Both the position numbers and the translations under genes were made by a program. DNA of 64,000 bases. It comes from Candidatus Latescibacterota bacterium (GTDB taxonomy: Bacteria; Latescibacterota; UBA2968; UBA8231). Location of the stretch: NCBI GenBank assembly GCA_965243025.1, contig CBDETY010000003.1:5600001-5664000 (forward strand). Direction: 5' to 3'. This document shows, piece after piece, positions 37,011-46,062 of the stretch (position 1 is the first letter of the stretch; the number at the start of each line of letters is the position of its first letter). Below the pieces are notes generated by a model that was given only the letters and a program-made list of their open reading frames with translations, searched no databases and was not told the DNA's origin.

Positions 37011-37980
37011 GCTCACCTACACCGAGGCGGGGCGCGAGGGCCTGGGCGAGGAGATGGCCTCCGACCCGACGGTCTTCGTCGTCGGCGAGGGGATCGGTCC
37101 CCGGGGCGGCAACTTCAACACCACCACCGGCCTGCACGAGATCTACGGGGACATGCGGCTGCGCGACACGGGGATAACGGAGCGCGGGTTCACCGGCCTG
37201 TGCACCGGCGCCGCGATGACTGGCACGCGCCCGGTGGTCGACTACATGTTCCACGACTTCGCCCTCGACGCCCTCGGCGAGATCGTCAACCAGATCCCCA
37301 AGATCCAGTACATGAGCAGCGGCCGTCTGAAAATGCCGATCGTGCTGCGCGGCTGCATCGGCGTCGGCGGGGCGGCGGCGACCCATCACTCCGGCAGCTA
37401 CTATCCGCTTTTCGCGCACCTGCCCGGCTTCCGGGTCTGCCTGCCGAGCACACCCTACGATGTCAAGGGGCTGCTGAAGACGTCGATCCGCAGCGACGAC
37501 CCGGTGATCTTCATGGAGCACAAGTCGCTGCTCAACACCCGCGGCCCGGTCCCCGAGGAGGAGTACACCATTCCCTTCGGCGAGGCCTCGGTCCGCCGCC
37601 GCGGAGAGCACGTCACCGTCGTCGCCCTGACCACCATGGTCGGGCGCAGCCTCGAGGTCGCCGCCGGTCTCGAAGCCGAGGGAATCTCCCTCGAGGTCAT
37701 CGACCTCCGCACCATCGCTCCGCTCGACATCGACGCCGTTCTCGAGTCGGTGCACAAGACCGGACGCCTGCTGATCGCCGACGAGACCTGGGCCCCCTGC
37801 GGCATCGGGGCGGAGGTCGCCGCGCAGGTGATCGACCGCGGCTTCGACGATCTCGACGCCCCGGTCCGGCGCCTGAACGGAGCCCACACCAACATCCCCT
37901 ACAGCGCCCCGCTCGAGGCGGCCGTGGTGCCGCAGAAGGGGGACATCCGCGACGCAGTCCGCGAGCTGGTCGCCGAGTAG
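37003..37980 (+). CDS. 2-oxoacid/acetoin dehydrogenase E1 beta
   Basis: DTGITE, PVIFMEHK, IDLRTIAPLD. Confidence 0.93.
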   Translation: MRELTYTEAGREGLGEEMASDPTVFVVGEGIGPRGGNFNTTTGLHEIYGDMRLRDTGITERGFTGLCTGAAMTGTRPVVDYMFHDFALDALGEIVNQIPKIQYMSSGRLKMPIVLRGCIGVGGAAATHHSGSYYPLFAHLPGFRVCLPSTPYDVKGLLKTSIRSDDPVIFMEHKSLLNTRGPVPEEEYTIPFGEASVRRRGEHVTVVALTTMVGRSLEVAAGLEAEGISLEVIDLRTIAPLDIDAVLESVHKTGRLLIADETWAPCGIGAEVAAQVIDRGFDDLDAPVRRLNGAHTNIPYSAPLEAAVVPQKGDIRDAVRELVAE

Positions 37981-37988
37981 GAGCAGCA

Positions 37989-39074
37989 GTGGCGGTCGAC
38001 GTCGTCATGCCCCGCCTCGGGTGGACCATGGAGGAGGGCACCCTGGTGGAGTGGACGAGGCAGGACGGGGACGCGGTCGCCGCCGGCGAGGTGATCATGC
38101 TCGTCGAAAGCGACAAGGCGGTCACCGAGGTCGAGTCGTTCGACGAGGGCATCCTGCGCATCCCGCCCGACTCGCCGCCCCCGGGAACCACGGTGCCGAT
38201 CGGCACCCTCCTCGCCTTCATCCTGCAGCCGGGGGAGGAGATGCCCGAGGGACCGTCCGGGAGCCCACCGGAAGCCGCGTCCTCAGCCCCGGGGCCGTCC
38301 GGGCAAGCGCCGGCGGCTCCGGAAACAGCGCCCGCGGCCGCCCCTGTTCCGGCTCGGGCACCGGTTTCCCCGCGCCGCGGACGCCGCGGGCCGGCGATCT
38401 CTCCCCGGGCCCGGCGCGTCGCCGTCGAGCTCGGCATCGACTGGAAGCGCCTGAGCGGCAGCGGCAGGACCGGCCGCATCGTCGAGCGCGACGTGCGCGC
38501 CGCCGCCGAAACCGCATCCGCGGCACCCGCCCCTGCGGCGGCCTCCCAGGCCGTCGAGGTGGACGTGACCGCCTTCGCCGGCCACTGCGACCGGCTGGCG
38601 GTGCTGATGAAGCGGGCCCCTGTTGTTCCCGGCATGCTCGATCTCGTCCTGCGGTCTGTCGGCAGGGCACTTAAGGAAGCCCCGTCGCTGGCCGGAGCGG
38701 ACGCCGGCGTCCGCGTTCAGCGCGACCACTCCGCGGCGGTTCTGGAGCGGTTCCAGTCACTCTCCGTCCTCGACATCGGCAGGGCCCTGGCGGGGGAAGA
38801 AACCGCTGTGGCCGGGGATGTCCCTGCTGCGACCCCCTTCAGCGTGGTTGCCCTCGAAGACGTCGATGTGCTGGCCCCCGGGCTCACCCCCGGAGCCGTT
38901 GCCGTTCTGGGGCTGGGATCGGTGCGGGAGAGGGAGGGGGCCGGCGGGGAGAGGAAGTCGCTGAACCTGCGGTTGACTTACGACCTCTCGGCGGTGACCG
39001 ACGCGGAGGCGCAGCAGTTCCTGGGGGCGTTGCGCTCATACCTCGAAGACCCCTTCACCTGGCTTTCCTGGTGA
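37989..39074 (+). CDS. E2-like lipoyl-carrier protein with degenerate acyltransferase domain
   Basis: GTG with AGGAG RBS; VESDKA lipoyl site; SPRARR...GSGRTGRIVERDV E3-binding; DHRxxDG absent. Confidence 0.82.
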   Translation: MAVDVVMPRLGWTMEEGTLVEWTRQDGDAVAAGEVIMLVESDKAVTEVESFDEGILRIPPDSPPPGTTVPIGTLLAFILQPGEEMPEGPSGSPPEAASSAPGPSGQAPAAPETAPAAAPVPARAPVSPRRGRRGPAISPRARRVAVELGIDWKRLSGSGRTGRIVERDVRAAAETASAAPAPAAASQAVEVDVTAFAGHCDRLAVLMKRAPVVPGMLDLVLRSVGRALKEAPSLAGADAGVRVQRDHSAAVLERFQSLSVLDIGRALAGEETAVAGDVPAATPFSVVALEDVDVLAPGLTPGAVAVLGLGSVREREGAGGERKSLNLRLTYDLSAVTDAEAQQFLGALRSYLEDPFTWLSW

Positions 39075-39404
39075 CAGGTGCCTGCGGGCGAAAGCTGGCG
39101 TTCGGACGGGGGCGCCGTTGGGGCGGGCCCGCGAGCCCCCCGAACGAAGTCTGCCGCTGGTGTTCCCGCCGAGCGAAGGCAACGCCGCGAGCCGGGCTCG
39201 AGGAGAATCGCACAGATGAAGGGGTTGGATTGAACCGCGGTTTCCTCAAGATGAGGCGGCGGCCTGATTCACGCGGGTTTGCGCCCGCAGGCATTTATTC
39301 AGACGCCGATCCGGTATTGAAATGACGCGATCGGTCCCGGCACGGGATGGCGCGGAAGCAGCGGCGCCCGGCGCCGCGGCGTGTTGTCCAGACGGGAGAA
39401 CGGA

Positions 39405-40145
39405 ATGAGGCTGGAAGGCAAGATCGTCGTTACGACCGGGGGAGCCACCGGCATCGGCGGCGCCACCGCTGAGCTGTGCGCGGCCGAGGGGGCCGTGTCG
39501 ATCATCCTCGACTACAACCGGGAGGAGGGCCCCTCAACCCTCGGGCGCATCGAGAGAGCCGGGGGCAGGGGGGAGTTCCACGAAGTCGACGTGCGCCGCG
39601 AGGAGCAGGTCGCCGCGGTGTTCGCGAAGATCGCCGCCGCCCACGGCCGGGTCGACGTGCTGATCTGCAGCGCCGGCGTGCTAACCGGCGCCCACCAGGA
39701 AATCACCGAGCTTGCCGAGGAGGACTGGGACACCACCATCGACACCAATCTCAAGGGGACGTACCTGACCGGAAAGCACGCGGCGCCCCTGCTGAAAGCC
39801 TCCCCGTCCTCGGTGCTGCTGCTGATCTCCTCGGGAGCCGGGGTGAGCGGCGGCAGCTCGTCCTACGCGTACGCGGCGAGCAAAGGGGGGATGCACGGGA
39901 TGCAGTACAACTTCGCCAGGGAGCTTCCCGGCACCCGGGTCCACGTCGTCTGCCCCGGAAGCATCGCCACCCCGTTGAAGCTGAAGAACATCGGACAGGC
40001 GGCCGAAAAGCGGGGGGAGGATCCCGGAGCCGCCATGGAAGCGGCGAAGAAGACCCTGGGAGACCCGGTGGGGATCGCCCGCGTCCTCGCTTTCCTCGCC
40101 TCGGAGGACGCCGACTACATCAGGGGCGACATCAGGACGCGGTAG
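39405..40145 (+). CDS. SDR family oxidoreductase
   Basis: TGGATGIG, CSAG, YAASK. Confidence 0.9.
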   Translation: MRLEGKIVVTTGGATGIGGATAELCAAEGAVSIILDYNREEGPSTLGRIERAGGRGEFHEVDVRREEQVAAVFAKIAAAHGRVDVLICSAGVLTGAHQEITELAEEDWDTTIDTNLKGTYLTGKHAAPLLKASPSSVLLLISSGAGVSGGSSSYAYAASKGGMHGMQYNFARELPGTRVHVVCPGSIATPLKLKNIGQAAEKRGEDPGAAMEAAKKTLGDPVGIARVLAFLASEDADYIRGDIRTR

Positions 40146-40485
40146 TCCCGGGTGCCTGTGCGTGCGGCGGCCGATGCGTCCGGGGCCGCAAAGGGGTGAG
40201 CGAACCGCCCGGATTGAGGGGTGAGCCGGATCGGCTGCCCGTTCGGTTTTGGCCGATATCCGCTACGAAGGCAAGGCGGCGATGGACCGGGCCCGCAGGG
40301 GCGGCTGAGGGAATCGTTCGCAGTGATGGGGCACGGGGAGTAAAGCCAGGGCGGCGAGCCCCCAGGGCCGTCCGGAACCTGTTTTCTCCGGATTGCGGAG
40401 GCAGGTACAATCACCCCGTTGAAAAAAGTCCATCCGGGCTGCGGCCGGCCCCTCCGGCCGAATTCCACGCGGGACCGCGCAGGTA

Positions 40486-41448
40486 CTACGGCATGATCTC
40501 CTTGCTGAGGACGGCGCGCGTCGTCACCGGGAACTCCCCGGGCTCGCAGCACTGGCAGATCTGCACGTCGGCGGCGGCGCTCATCAGCATGTAGGCATCC
40601 TCAAAGCCCAGGCCCATCCGCTCCTGCATGAGCAGGACCATCTCTTCGGCCGCCATTCTCGCCGCGGCCCCCAGATCCTCGTGGTCGCCTGTCGTTATCC
40701 AGGCGTCCTCGGTCTCGATCAGCGGCCGCCGCAGCGGCACCCCCTTGCGCAGCTCCACCCCGACCGTCACCTCGGCGCAGATCTCCAGCCCGATGAAGGT
40801 GATCTCGCCGTCCCCCATGGCGCCGTGGACGTCCCCGAGCGCAAGCCCGGCTCCAGGGACCGAGACCGGCAGGTGAATGCGGCTGCCGGCCGCGGCGTAC
40901 TTGTTGTCCATGTTGCCGCCGTGTGGTCCGGCGAAGGCGGTGGGTACGCCGTTCCCGGCGGGAGCCGTGCCGATGACGCCGACCATCGGGTGAGCGGGAA
41001 AGCGGACGCCGCCGAAACGGACGACTCCGTCCTTCACCTCGACGATGCGCGTGGCGTACTCCTCCGCGAGATGGGCGAGCAGTCCCTCCCCCTTCTTCAC
41101 CGCGAGGAAGCCGCGGTCGGCCAGGTCGATGGACTCGAGGTGAATGCAGAGGCTGTCCCCGGGCTCGGCGCCGCGCACCGCCACCGGTCCGGTCGCCGGG
41201 TTCGAGCCGTCCGGATGGGGGCGGTCGAGCAGGTCGGCGTCGCTGCGGATCGTTCCGGTGCGGGCGTCGAAGGTCTCGAACAGGACGGTGTCGCCGCTGT
41301 CGATGGCGGCGACCGGGGCCAGCGCCTTGTCGAGGCGGTACTGGATGTGGTCTCGGGTGATGCGGTGTATCACGCCGCTGGGCTCATTCGGGGAAGATGC
41401 GGCTGGGGATTTTCGAGGGGACCGGGCAGGTGCCGGTTTCGCCTCCAA
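40486..41448 (-). CDS. Acetamidase/formamidase family protein (start may be GTG 41373)
   Basis: NPATGPV, HGGNMD, GDVHGAMGDGE. Confidence 0.9.
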   Translation of the reverse strand: MEAKPAPARSPRKSPAASSPNEPSGVIHRITRDHIQYRLDKALAPVAAIDSGDTVLFETFDARTGTIRSDADLLDRPHPDGSNPATGPVAVRGAEPGDSLCIHLESIDLADRGFLAVKKGEGLLAHLAEEYATRIVEVKDGVVRFGGVRFPAHPMVGVIGTAPAGNGVPTAFAGPHGGNMDNKYAAAGSRIHLPVSVPGAGLALGDVHGAMGDGEITFIGLEICAEVTVGVELRKGVPLRRPLIETEDAWITTGDHEDLGAAARMAAEEMVLLMQERMGLGFEDAYMLMSAAADVQICQCCEPGEFPVTTRAVLSKEIMP

Positions 41449-41513
41449 CCAGGCGTTGTGAGGGGCAGGTCAGACGGCCGGAATCCGGTCGATCCGGCGG
41501 ATTGCAGGCCCCT

Positions 41514-41846
41514 TCAGATCTCCGCGGCTTCTTCGCCGCCGGTCCCTTCCTCGTCGGCCCTGAGCCGCTCGAACTCATCCTCCCTTTCCGACAGCTCCGC
41601 TTCACAGGCCCGGATCCGGTCGCAGAGCTCCTGCACCGCCGAGTCGTCGAGGCCGGGGATCCGGCCGGATTGCACGCCGCTGTACACCTCGTTCCCCAGT
41701 TCCGCCTTGAGCCGGGAAAGGCGGGTCTTGGCGGCGGCGATGTCGAGCCGGGCGCGGCCGAGCAGGGTCAGCTCCTCGGCCTTGTTGACGGCAAGCTCGG
41801 CTCCGTCGTGGAGCCCTCTCTTGATGGTGTCCCACATTTTTTCCAC
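41514..41846 (-). CDS. Hypothetical coiled-coil protein
   Basis: GGAG RBS; helical, host-like codon use. Confidence 0.7.
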   Translation of the reverse strand: MEKMWDTIKRGLHDGAELAVNKAEELTLLGRARLDIAAAKTRLSRLKAELGNEVYSGVQSGRIPGLDDSAVQELCDRIRACEAELSEREDEFERLRADEEGTGGEEAAEI

Positions 41847-42040
41847 GTCAGCTCTCCGTGTTCAGTGGCGCCTTTCCGTGCCGCGGCGCCCTCAGCCGAT
41901 GGTTCCGGCAAAGAAAAACCGCCGAAACACCTTCGATGTCGGCTTGCGGCATCGAATCGGCGCCGGCGGCGTTGAGGGCGGAGTCTCGCGAGCCGGCCTC
42001 CGGAAAGCGGCAGGGTCCCGCTTCCGGTTCCGGCGATTGA

Positions 42041-42262
42041 CTACCGGGTGTCGTTGATCGAGTACGGCAGCAGGCCGAGGTAGCGGGCCCTCTTGATGGC
42101 CTGGACGATACGCGCCTGCTGCTTGCGGTTCGCACCGGTTCTCCGCGCAGCTTCGATCTTGCCGTTGGGGCTCAGGAATCTGGAAAGGACGTCGAGCTTC
42201 TTGTAGTCTATGTCCTCCAGCTTGAGCTTGGCGGTGAACTCCTTGCGGCTGGACTTTGCGAT
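42041..42262 (-). CDS. rpsR: 30S ribosomal protein S18 (Cys-free form), probable ATC start
   Basis: IDYKKLDVLSRFLSPNGKI...RRTG...AIKRARYLGLLPY; AAAGGGGA 8 nt before ATC. Confidence 0.9.
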   Translation of the reverse strand: MAKSSRKEFTAKLKLEDIDYKKLDVLSRFLSPNGKIEAARRTGANRKQQARIVQAIKRARYLGLLPYSINDTR

Positions 42263-42299
42263 TTTTCGAATCCCCTTTGAGAGAAGAGTTGAGCCGCTA

Positions 42300-42328
42300 A
42301 AACTACCGGGCGAGGGTGCCAGAGTCAA
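42300..42328 (-). promoter_or_regulatory. sigma70 promoter of rpsR, TTGACT-N17-TAGTTT
   Basis: -35 at 42328-42323, -10 at 42305-42300. Confidence 0.7.
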
Positions 42329-42345
42329 TTTCCCGGTCGGGCTCC

Positions 42346-42774
42346 GTGAACGACATCCGCATACATTCCGGCCTCGCGATTCCCGAACGGGAGCTGCGGT
42401 TCGTCTTCACCGCCAGTCCCGGTCCCGGGGGGCAGAACGTCAACCGCGTCAACACCCGCGCAGAGCTCCGCTTCGACGTGCGCAGGAGCCCGTCCCTCGA
42501 GGAGGTGCAGAGAAGCCGCCTTCTGCGCGCCCTCGGCTCCAGGGTTTCCAGGGACGGCATTCTGGCGATCCGGTCATCCCGCTTCCGGTCCCAGGGGCGC
42601 AACCGGGCAGACTGCATCGACCGGTTCGTCCGCGAGATCGCCGAGGCTCTGCGCCCGCCCCCGAAACCGCGCAAGCGCACCCGTCCCAGCCCGGCCTCCC
42701 AGGCCCGCCGAATCCAGCAGAAGCGGAACCAGTCGCTGAAGAAGGCCCTGCGCCGGCGCCCTCCGACAGCGTAA
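42346..42774 (+). CDS. arfB: Alternative ribosome rescue factor B
   Basis: SPGPGGQNVN, RSQGRNR, basic tail RKRTRPS. Confidence 0.93.
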   Translation: MNDIRIHSGLAIPERELRFVFTASPGPGGQNVNRVNTRAELRFDVRRSPSLEEVQRSRLLRALGSRVSRDGILAIRSSRFRSQGRNRADCIDRFVREIAEALRPPPKPRKRTRPSPASQARRIQQKRNQSLKKALRRRPPTA

Positions 42775-42825
42775 GGCCGCCGCCCGGCCGGGGCGCAGGA
42801 GGCCGCCGCCCGGCCGGGGCGCAGG
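42774..42825. repeat. Exact 26-bp tandem duplication after arfB stop
   Basis: AGGCCGCCGCCCGGCCGGGGCGCAGG x2. Confidence 0.9.
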
Positions 42826-43128
42826 AGGGCACCGGTCCGTTGGCGCGAGCTTCGGTTCGCCTCCGTGGACTGCCCCGCCGATGACTCCCCCCGCCGCGGG
42901 GGCCGCTACCGTCTTCCCGACTCACCGGCGCAAGTGCGCCGCGATTCCTCCTTCTTCGACCTCTTGCCCATCCCCGATTCCGAAATGACTTGCCAAGGTT
43001 GCCCGTCATTGCGAAATTTAACGTTAACGTAAAGGTCATGGATTGAGATCGGCGTCCCGGGAACCAGGTGTCCGGTGGCGCCGTCAAATGAAGACTGTAA
43101 CCGCCCTGGCGGCAGTCAGGAGAGTGTC

Positions 43129-43977
43129 ATGCCTGGAACGAAAGAGCGGGACAAGGTCGAGAACCTCACCGAGATCTACTGGCGCGATATCAGGGACACC
43201 CAGCCCCTGAGCCGGCGGGACGAGGTCGACCTGTTCACCCGCATAAAGCAGGGAGACGAGGAGGCGAGGGAAAAGGTCATTACCGCCAATCTCCGGTTCG
43301 TCGTCAGCGTCGCCCGGGAGTACAAGGATTACGGGCTCTCGCTGCTCGAGCTGGTCTCCGAAGGCAACGTCGGACTGCTCGAGGCGGTCAAGAGGTTCGA
43401 CGAGACGCGGGGGTTCAAGTTCATCACCTACGCCGTCTGGTGGATCCGCCAGGCGATCCTCAAGGCTCTCGCCGAGAACGGAAGGATCGCCCGCCCGCCG
43501 ATGAGCCAGGTGAACGACCTGCAGAAGCTCGAGAAAGAGGCGGGAGTTCTGGCCCAGCGCCTCGGCCGCGAGCCGACCGACATCGAGCTGTGCGAGCACG
43601 TCGACATCAGCTGGGAGCGGACGCGAAACGCCATACGGATTTCGCAGCAGGACCTGTCCTTCGACGCTCCGGTCTTCCCCGACGAGGACACGACCCTGCA
43701 TGCCGTGATCGGGTCGGAGGACGAGGGGGTCGACGAGGCCCTGGACGAGCGCGAGTCGAAACGCAGGATCGCCGACTGCCTCGAGGTCCTCGACGAGCGC
43801 GAGTACCGGATCGTCCGCGACTACTACGGGTTCGGCAACCTGCCGCCGATGACCCTCGAGCAGATCGGCGGAAGCCTGGGGGTCACACGCGAACGGGTCC
43901 GGCAGCTGCGCAACCGCGCCCTGGAAAAGCTGCGCGAAAGCTGCGGGGAAACCCTCGTCCAGCTTTCGGAAAACTAG
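43129..43977 (+). CDS. RpoD/SigA-family sigma-70 factor, short form lacking region 1.1
   Basis: ANLRFVVSVA, GFKFITYAVWWIRQAI, TLEQIG...TRERVRQ. Confidence 0.93.
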   Translation: MPGTKERDKVENLTEIYWRDIRDTQPLSRRDEVDLFTRIKQGDEEAREKVITANLRFVVSVAREYKDYGLSLLELVSEGNVGLLEAVKRFDETRGFKFITYAVWWIRQAILKALAENGRIARPPMSQVNDLQKLEKEAGVLAQRLGREPTDIELCEHVDISWERTRNAIRISQQDLSFDAPVFPDEDTTLHAVIGSEDEGVDEALDERESKRRIADCLEVLDEREYRIVRDYYGFGNLPPMTLEQIGGSLGVTRERVRQLRNRALEKLRESCGETLVQLSEN

Positions 43978-45791
43978 GCACTGCCCGCGCTCGCGGGCAG
44001 CAGACCCGGCAGCAGCGCCTCGAGTTGCTCGACCGGCTCGCGCAAGGTCTCGATGGCGCCGCGCCAGAATTCGGGCGACTCCAGGTCGCAGCCGACGGTG
44101 GAGCGCGCCACTTCCTCGGCGGCGGCGCTCCCCGTCATCCGCAGGAACTCCTCGTAGCGCGGCAGGAACCCGGCTCCCTCCTCGCGGAAGCGGGCGAAAA
44201 GCCCCCGGCTCAACAGGAAGCCGTAGGTGTAGGGGAAGTTGTAGAAGGTCACCCCGGTGATGTAGAAGTGCAGCTTCGAGGCCCAGAACAGCGGGTCCTC
44301 GCCTCCCTCGATCAGCAGTCCCTCGAACAGCTCGCGCTGGGTCGAGGCCATCAGCTCCTTCAGGCGGCTGACCGCGACCTCCCCTTCCGAGCGCTCCTCG
44401 TGAAAGCGCTTTTCGAACTCGTAGCGCACCGGGATGTCCGTCAGGTAGACCGCCGCGTGAGCGGTCTCCATGTCGAGGATGCGCGCCTTCTCCCCGTCGC
44501 CGACGCCGGGGTCCGACAGCAGTCCCTCGGTCAGGATCATTTCCGCGAAGGTCGACGCCGACTCGGCGAGCGTCATCGGGTACTGGCGGGCAAGGGGGCG
44601 CACCTCCCTCATGACGTGGCTGTGGAAGGCGTGGCCGGCCTCGTGGGCCAGGGTGCGCACGTCGTTGGCGCTGTCGTTCCAGGTCATGTAGATCCGCGAT
44701 TCCCGCGTCAGCAGCGAGCCGGTGCAGAAGGCTCCCGGCCTCTTGCCCGCCCGCGGCTCCCACTCGATCCAGGCTGAGTCGATCAGGCCGCGGGTGAAGC
44801 GGCCGAGCTCGGGGTAGGCCCCGGCGAAGGCCGAGGTGACCAGCTCTCCCCCCTCGGCCCAGGAGATTTCGGAGGACGTGCCGCTCTCCAGGGGCAGCGG
44901 CGCCTCGAGGTCGTACCAGGCGACCCCGTCCGCGCCCATGGCGTCCGCCTTCAGCCGCAGGACGCGCCGCGGCAGCTCGGCGGCGTCGAAGATCGCCTCG
45001 AACATCGCGTCGAGGCTCTTGCGGGAGGTGGCCGCCTGAAACAGGGCGACGTCGAGGAAGTGATCGATGCCGCGGTGGCGGTTGAGGGTCAGCCGCGTTC
45101 CCGCGATGGCGTTGAGGGCGGCTGCGGCCACGTCCTCGACTTCGGCCCAGGCCCGGTTTCCCCCTTCGAAAGCCGCCTGCCGCACCGCCCGGTCCGGGTG
45201 GCCGGTCAGGGCGCGCCGCCGCGACATCGGCAGGCGCTCGCCGCGGCCGTCCGGCCAGGTCATGTGGAATTCGAGCTTTCCCGACAGGGTGTCGTAGAGG
45301 CGGCCCCAGGCGTGGAGGCCGTCCACCGAGAGGTCGGCGGCGACCCGTTCTTCCCCGGGCGCCATGGTGCGCCGCCCCTGCTCGCGGACGCGGGTCAGGA
45401 AGTGGGCGCAACCGGCGAGCCCGGGCGCCTCGAGGAGGGCGGAAAACTCCGCTTCGCCGGCGGGCGCGAGGCCCCGCTGGAGCTCGACGTCCAGCTTTTC
45501 CGAGCGCGCCTCGATCAGGGCGAAGGCCGCTTCCTCCCTCTTGTACGCCTCGTTGGCGGCATCGGCGGCGGTCAGGCAGCCGAGGTAGGAGCCGAGGTGG
45601 GAGAGCCGCGCCAGCAGCTCTTCGGCGCGGGCGAAGACGGCCGCCCAGGAATCGGTGTTGTCCCGGTCGAGCGGGGCCAGTGCAGCCGCCTCCTGTTCGA
45701 GGGCGTCCAGGTCGCGCTCGAGCTCCTGCTTGAAGCGGCGCATCTCCGGTCCGTCGAAAGCGGGGAAGTAGCTGCCGAGATCCCAGTTCAT
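43974..45791 (-). CDS. pepF: M3 family oligoendopeptidase F
   Basis: MNWDL start, GKRPGAFC, HEAGH, AESAS, FYNFPY. Confidence 0.9.
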   Translation of the reverse strand: MNWDLGSYFPAFDGPEMRRFKQELERDLDALEQEAAALAPLDRDNTDSWAAVFARAEELLARLSHLGSYLGCLTAADAANEAYKREEAAFALIEARSEKLDVELQRGLAPAGEAEFSALLEAPGLAGCAHFLTRVREQGRRTMAPGEERVAADLSVDGLHAWGRLYDTLSGKLEFHMTWPDGRGERLPMSRRRALTGHPDRAVRQAAFEGGNRAWAEVEDVAAAALNAIAGTRLTLNRHRGIDHFLDVALFQAATSRKSLDAMFEAIFDAAELPRRVLRLKADAMGADGVAWYDLEAPLPLESGTSSEISWAEGGELVTSAFAGAYPELGRFTRGLIDSAWIEWEPRAGKRPGAFCTGSLLTRESRIYMTWNDSANDVRTLAHEAGHAFHSHVMREVRPLARQYPMTLAESASTFAEMILTEGLLSDPGVGDGEKARILDMETAHAAVYLTDIPVRYEFEKRFHEERSEGEVAVSRLKELMASTQRELFEGLLIEGGEDPLFWASKLHFYITGVTFYNFPYTYGFLLSRGLFARFREEGAGFLPRYEEFLRMTGSAAAEEVARSTVGCDLESPEFWRGAIETLREPVEQLEALLPGLLPASAGSA

Positions 45792-46062
45792 CGGCAATGC
45801 CTGCGGCTGCGCCGGCCGGCGGGGGCGGGCTTGTGGGAGTCAGGTCGGGCGAAGGCTGTCCGGTGCGGGTCCGGCCGGCGGCCGCGTCCAACGCCTGGAA
45901 CAGGTTGATGGCAGCCGGCGTGGTGGCGCTTAAAGTGGCAATAGCCTGGCAAGGCATTCCCTTGCGGCACTGCAGCAGGGTTGACCGGAAAGGGGCGGCG
46001 AAGCTGGAAAAAGCTGCGTCCGACAGTGGGCAGGCGGGCGGAGAAAGCTGCAGCCTGGGGGG

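Noticed and set aside
37200-37988. N-terminal extension of the E2-like ORF
   Set aside because: Overlaps E1 beta; GTG 37989 has an AGGAG RBS and begins the lipoyl domain.
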